Origin: Myxococcota bacterium
GTDB lineage: Bacteria; Myxococcota; UBA4151
DNA: 46,963 nt
Direction: 5' to 3'
Assembly (NCBI GenBank): GCA_036338695.1
Contig: JAYZBQ010000039.1
Location: forward strand, 1 to 46,963
Position 1 is the stretch's first letter, and each line of letters begins with the position of its first letter. Positions 46,963 to 46,963 of this stretch are shown in pieces. Both the position numbers and the translations under genes were made by a program. The notes under the pieces were generated by a model that ran no database searches, was not told the DNA's origin, and was given only the letters and a program-made list of their open reading frames with translations.

Positions 46963-46963
46963 T

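Noticed and set aside
1..46963. tRNA/rRNA genes, transposases, integrases, phage genes, intrinsic terminators
   Set aside because: None recognisable. Intergenic gaps are short (under about 170 bp) and lack cloverleaf or hairpin-plus-U-tract patterns.

Overview
High-GC chromosomal window whose gene content points to a myxobacterium-like organism (Myxococcota or a relative). Housekeeping genes (argB-argD-argF...argG, icmF, purC, prfC, a FdhF/YdeP-family molybdoenzyme, fhs) are interleaved with many secreted Cys-rich or Ig-like surface proteins and lipoproteins, a J-domain/Hsp70 pair inside the arg operon, and a zinc-ribbon/FHA/DUF4388/GYF cluster. No rRNA, tRNA, CRISPR array or mobile element was seen. 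The strongest candidate for something new is a 2882-aa ORF (11156-19804, minus) with a MYXO-CTERM-like sorting signal in its middle, fused through a shared RRRR to a second lipoprotein-type signal. This suggests a polyprotein processed into two separately anchored surface proteins. Also notable: two paralogous Cys-repeat lipoproteins with colinear stalks but different fibrinogen/intelectin-like tips, a possible C1 module (DUF3445 + FdhF/YdeP + Fhs), and two ORFs at the left end that the ORF track missed. All domain calls come from motif recognition by eye, not from database searches.
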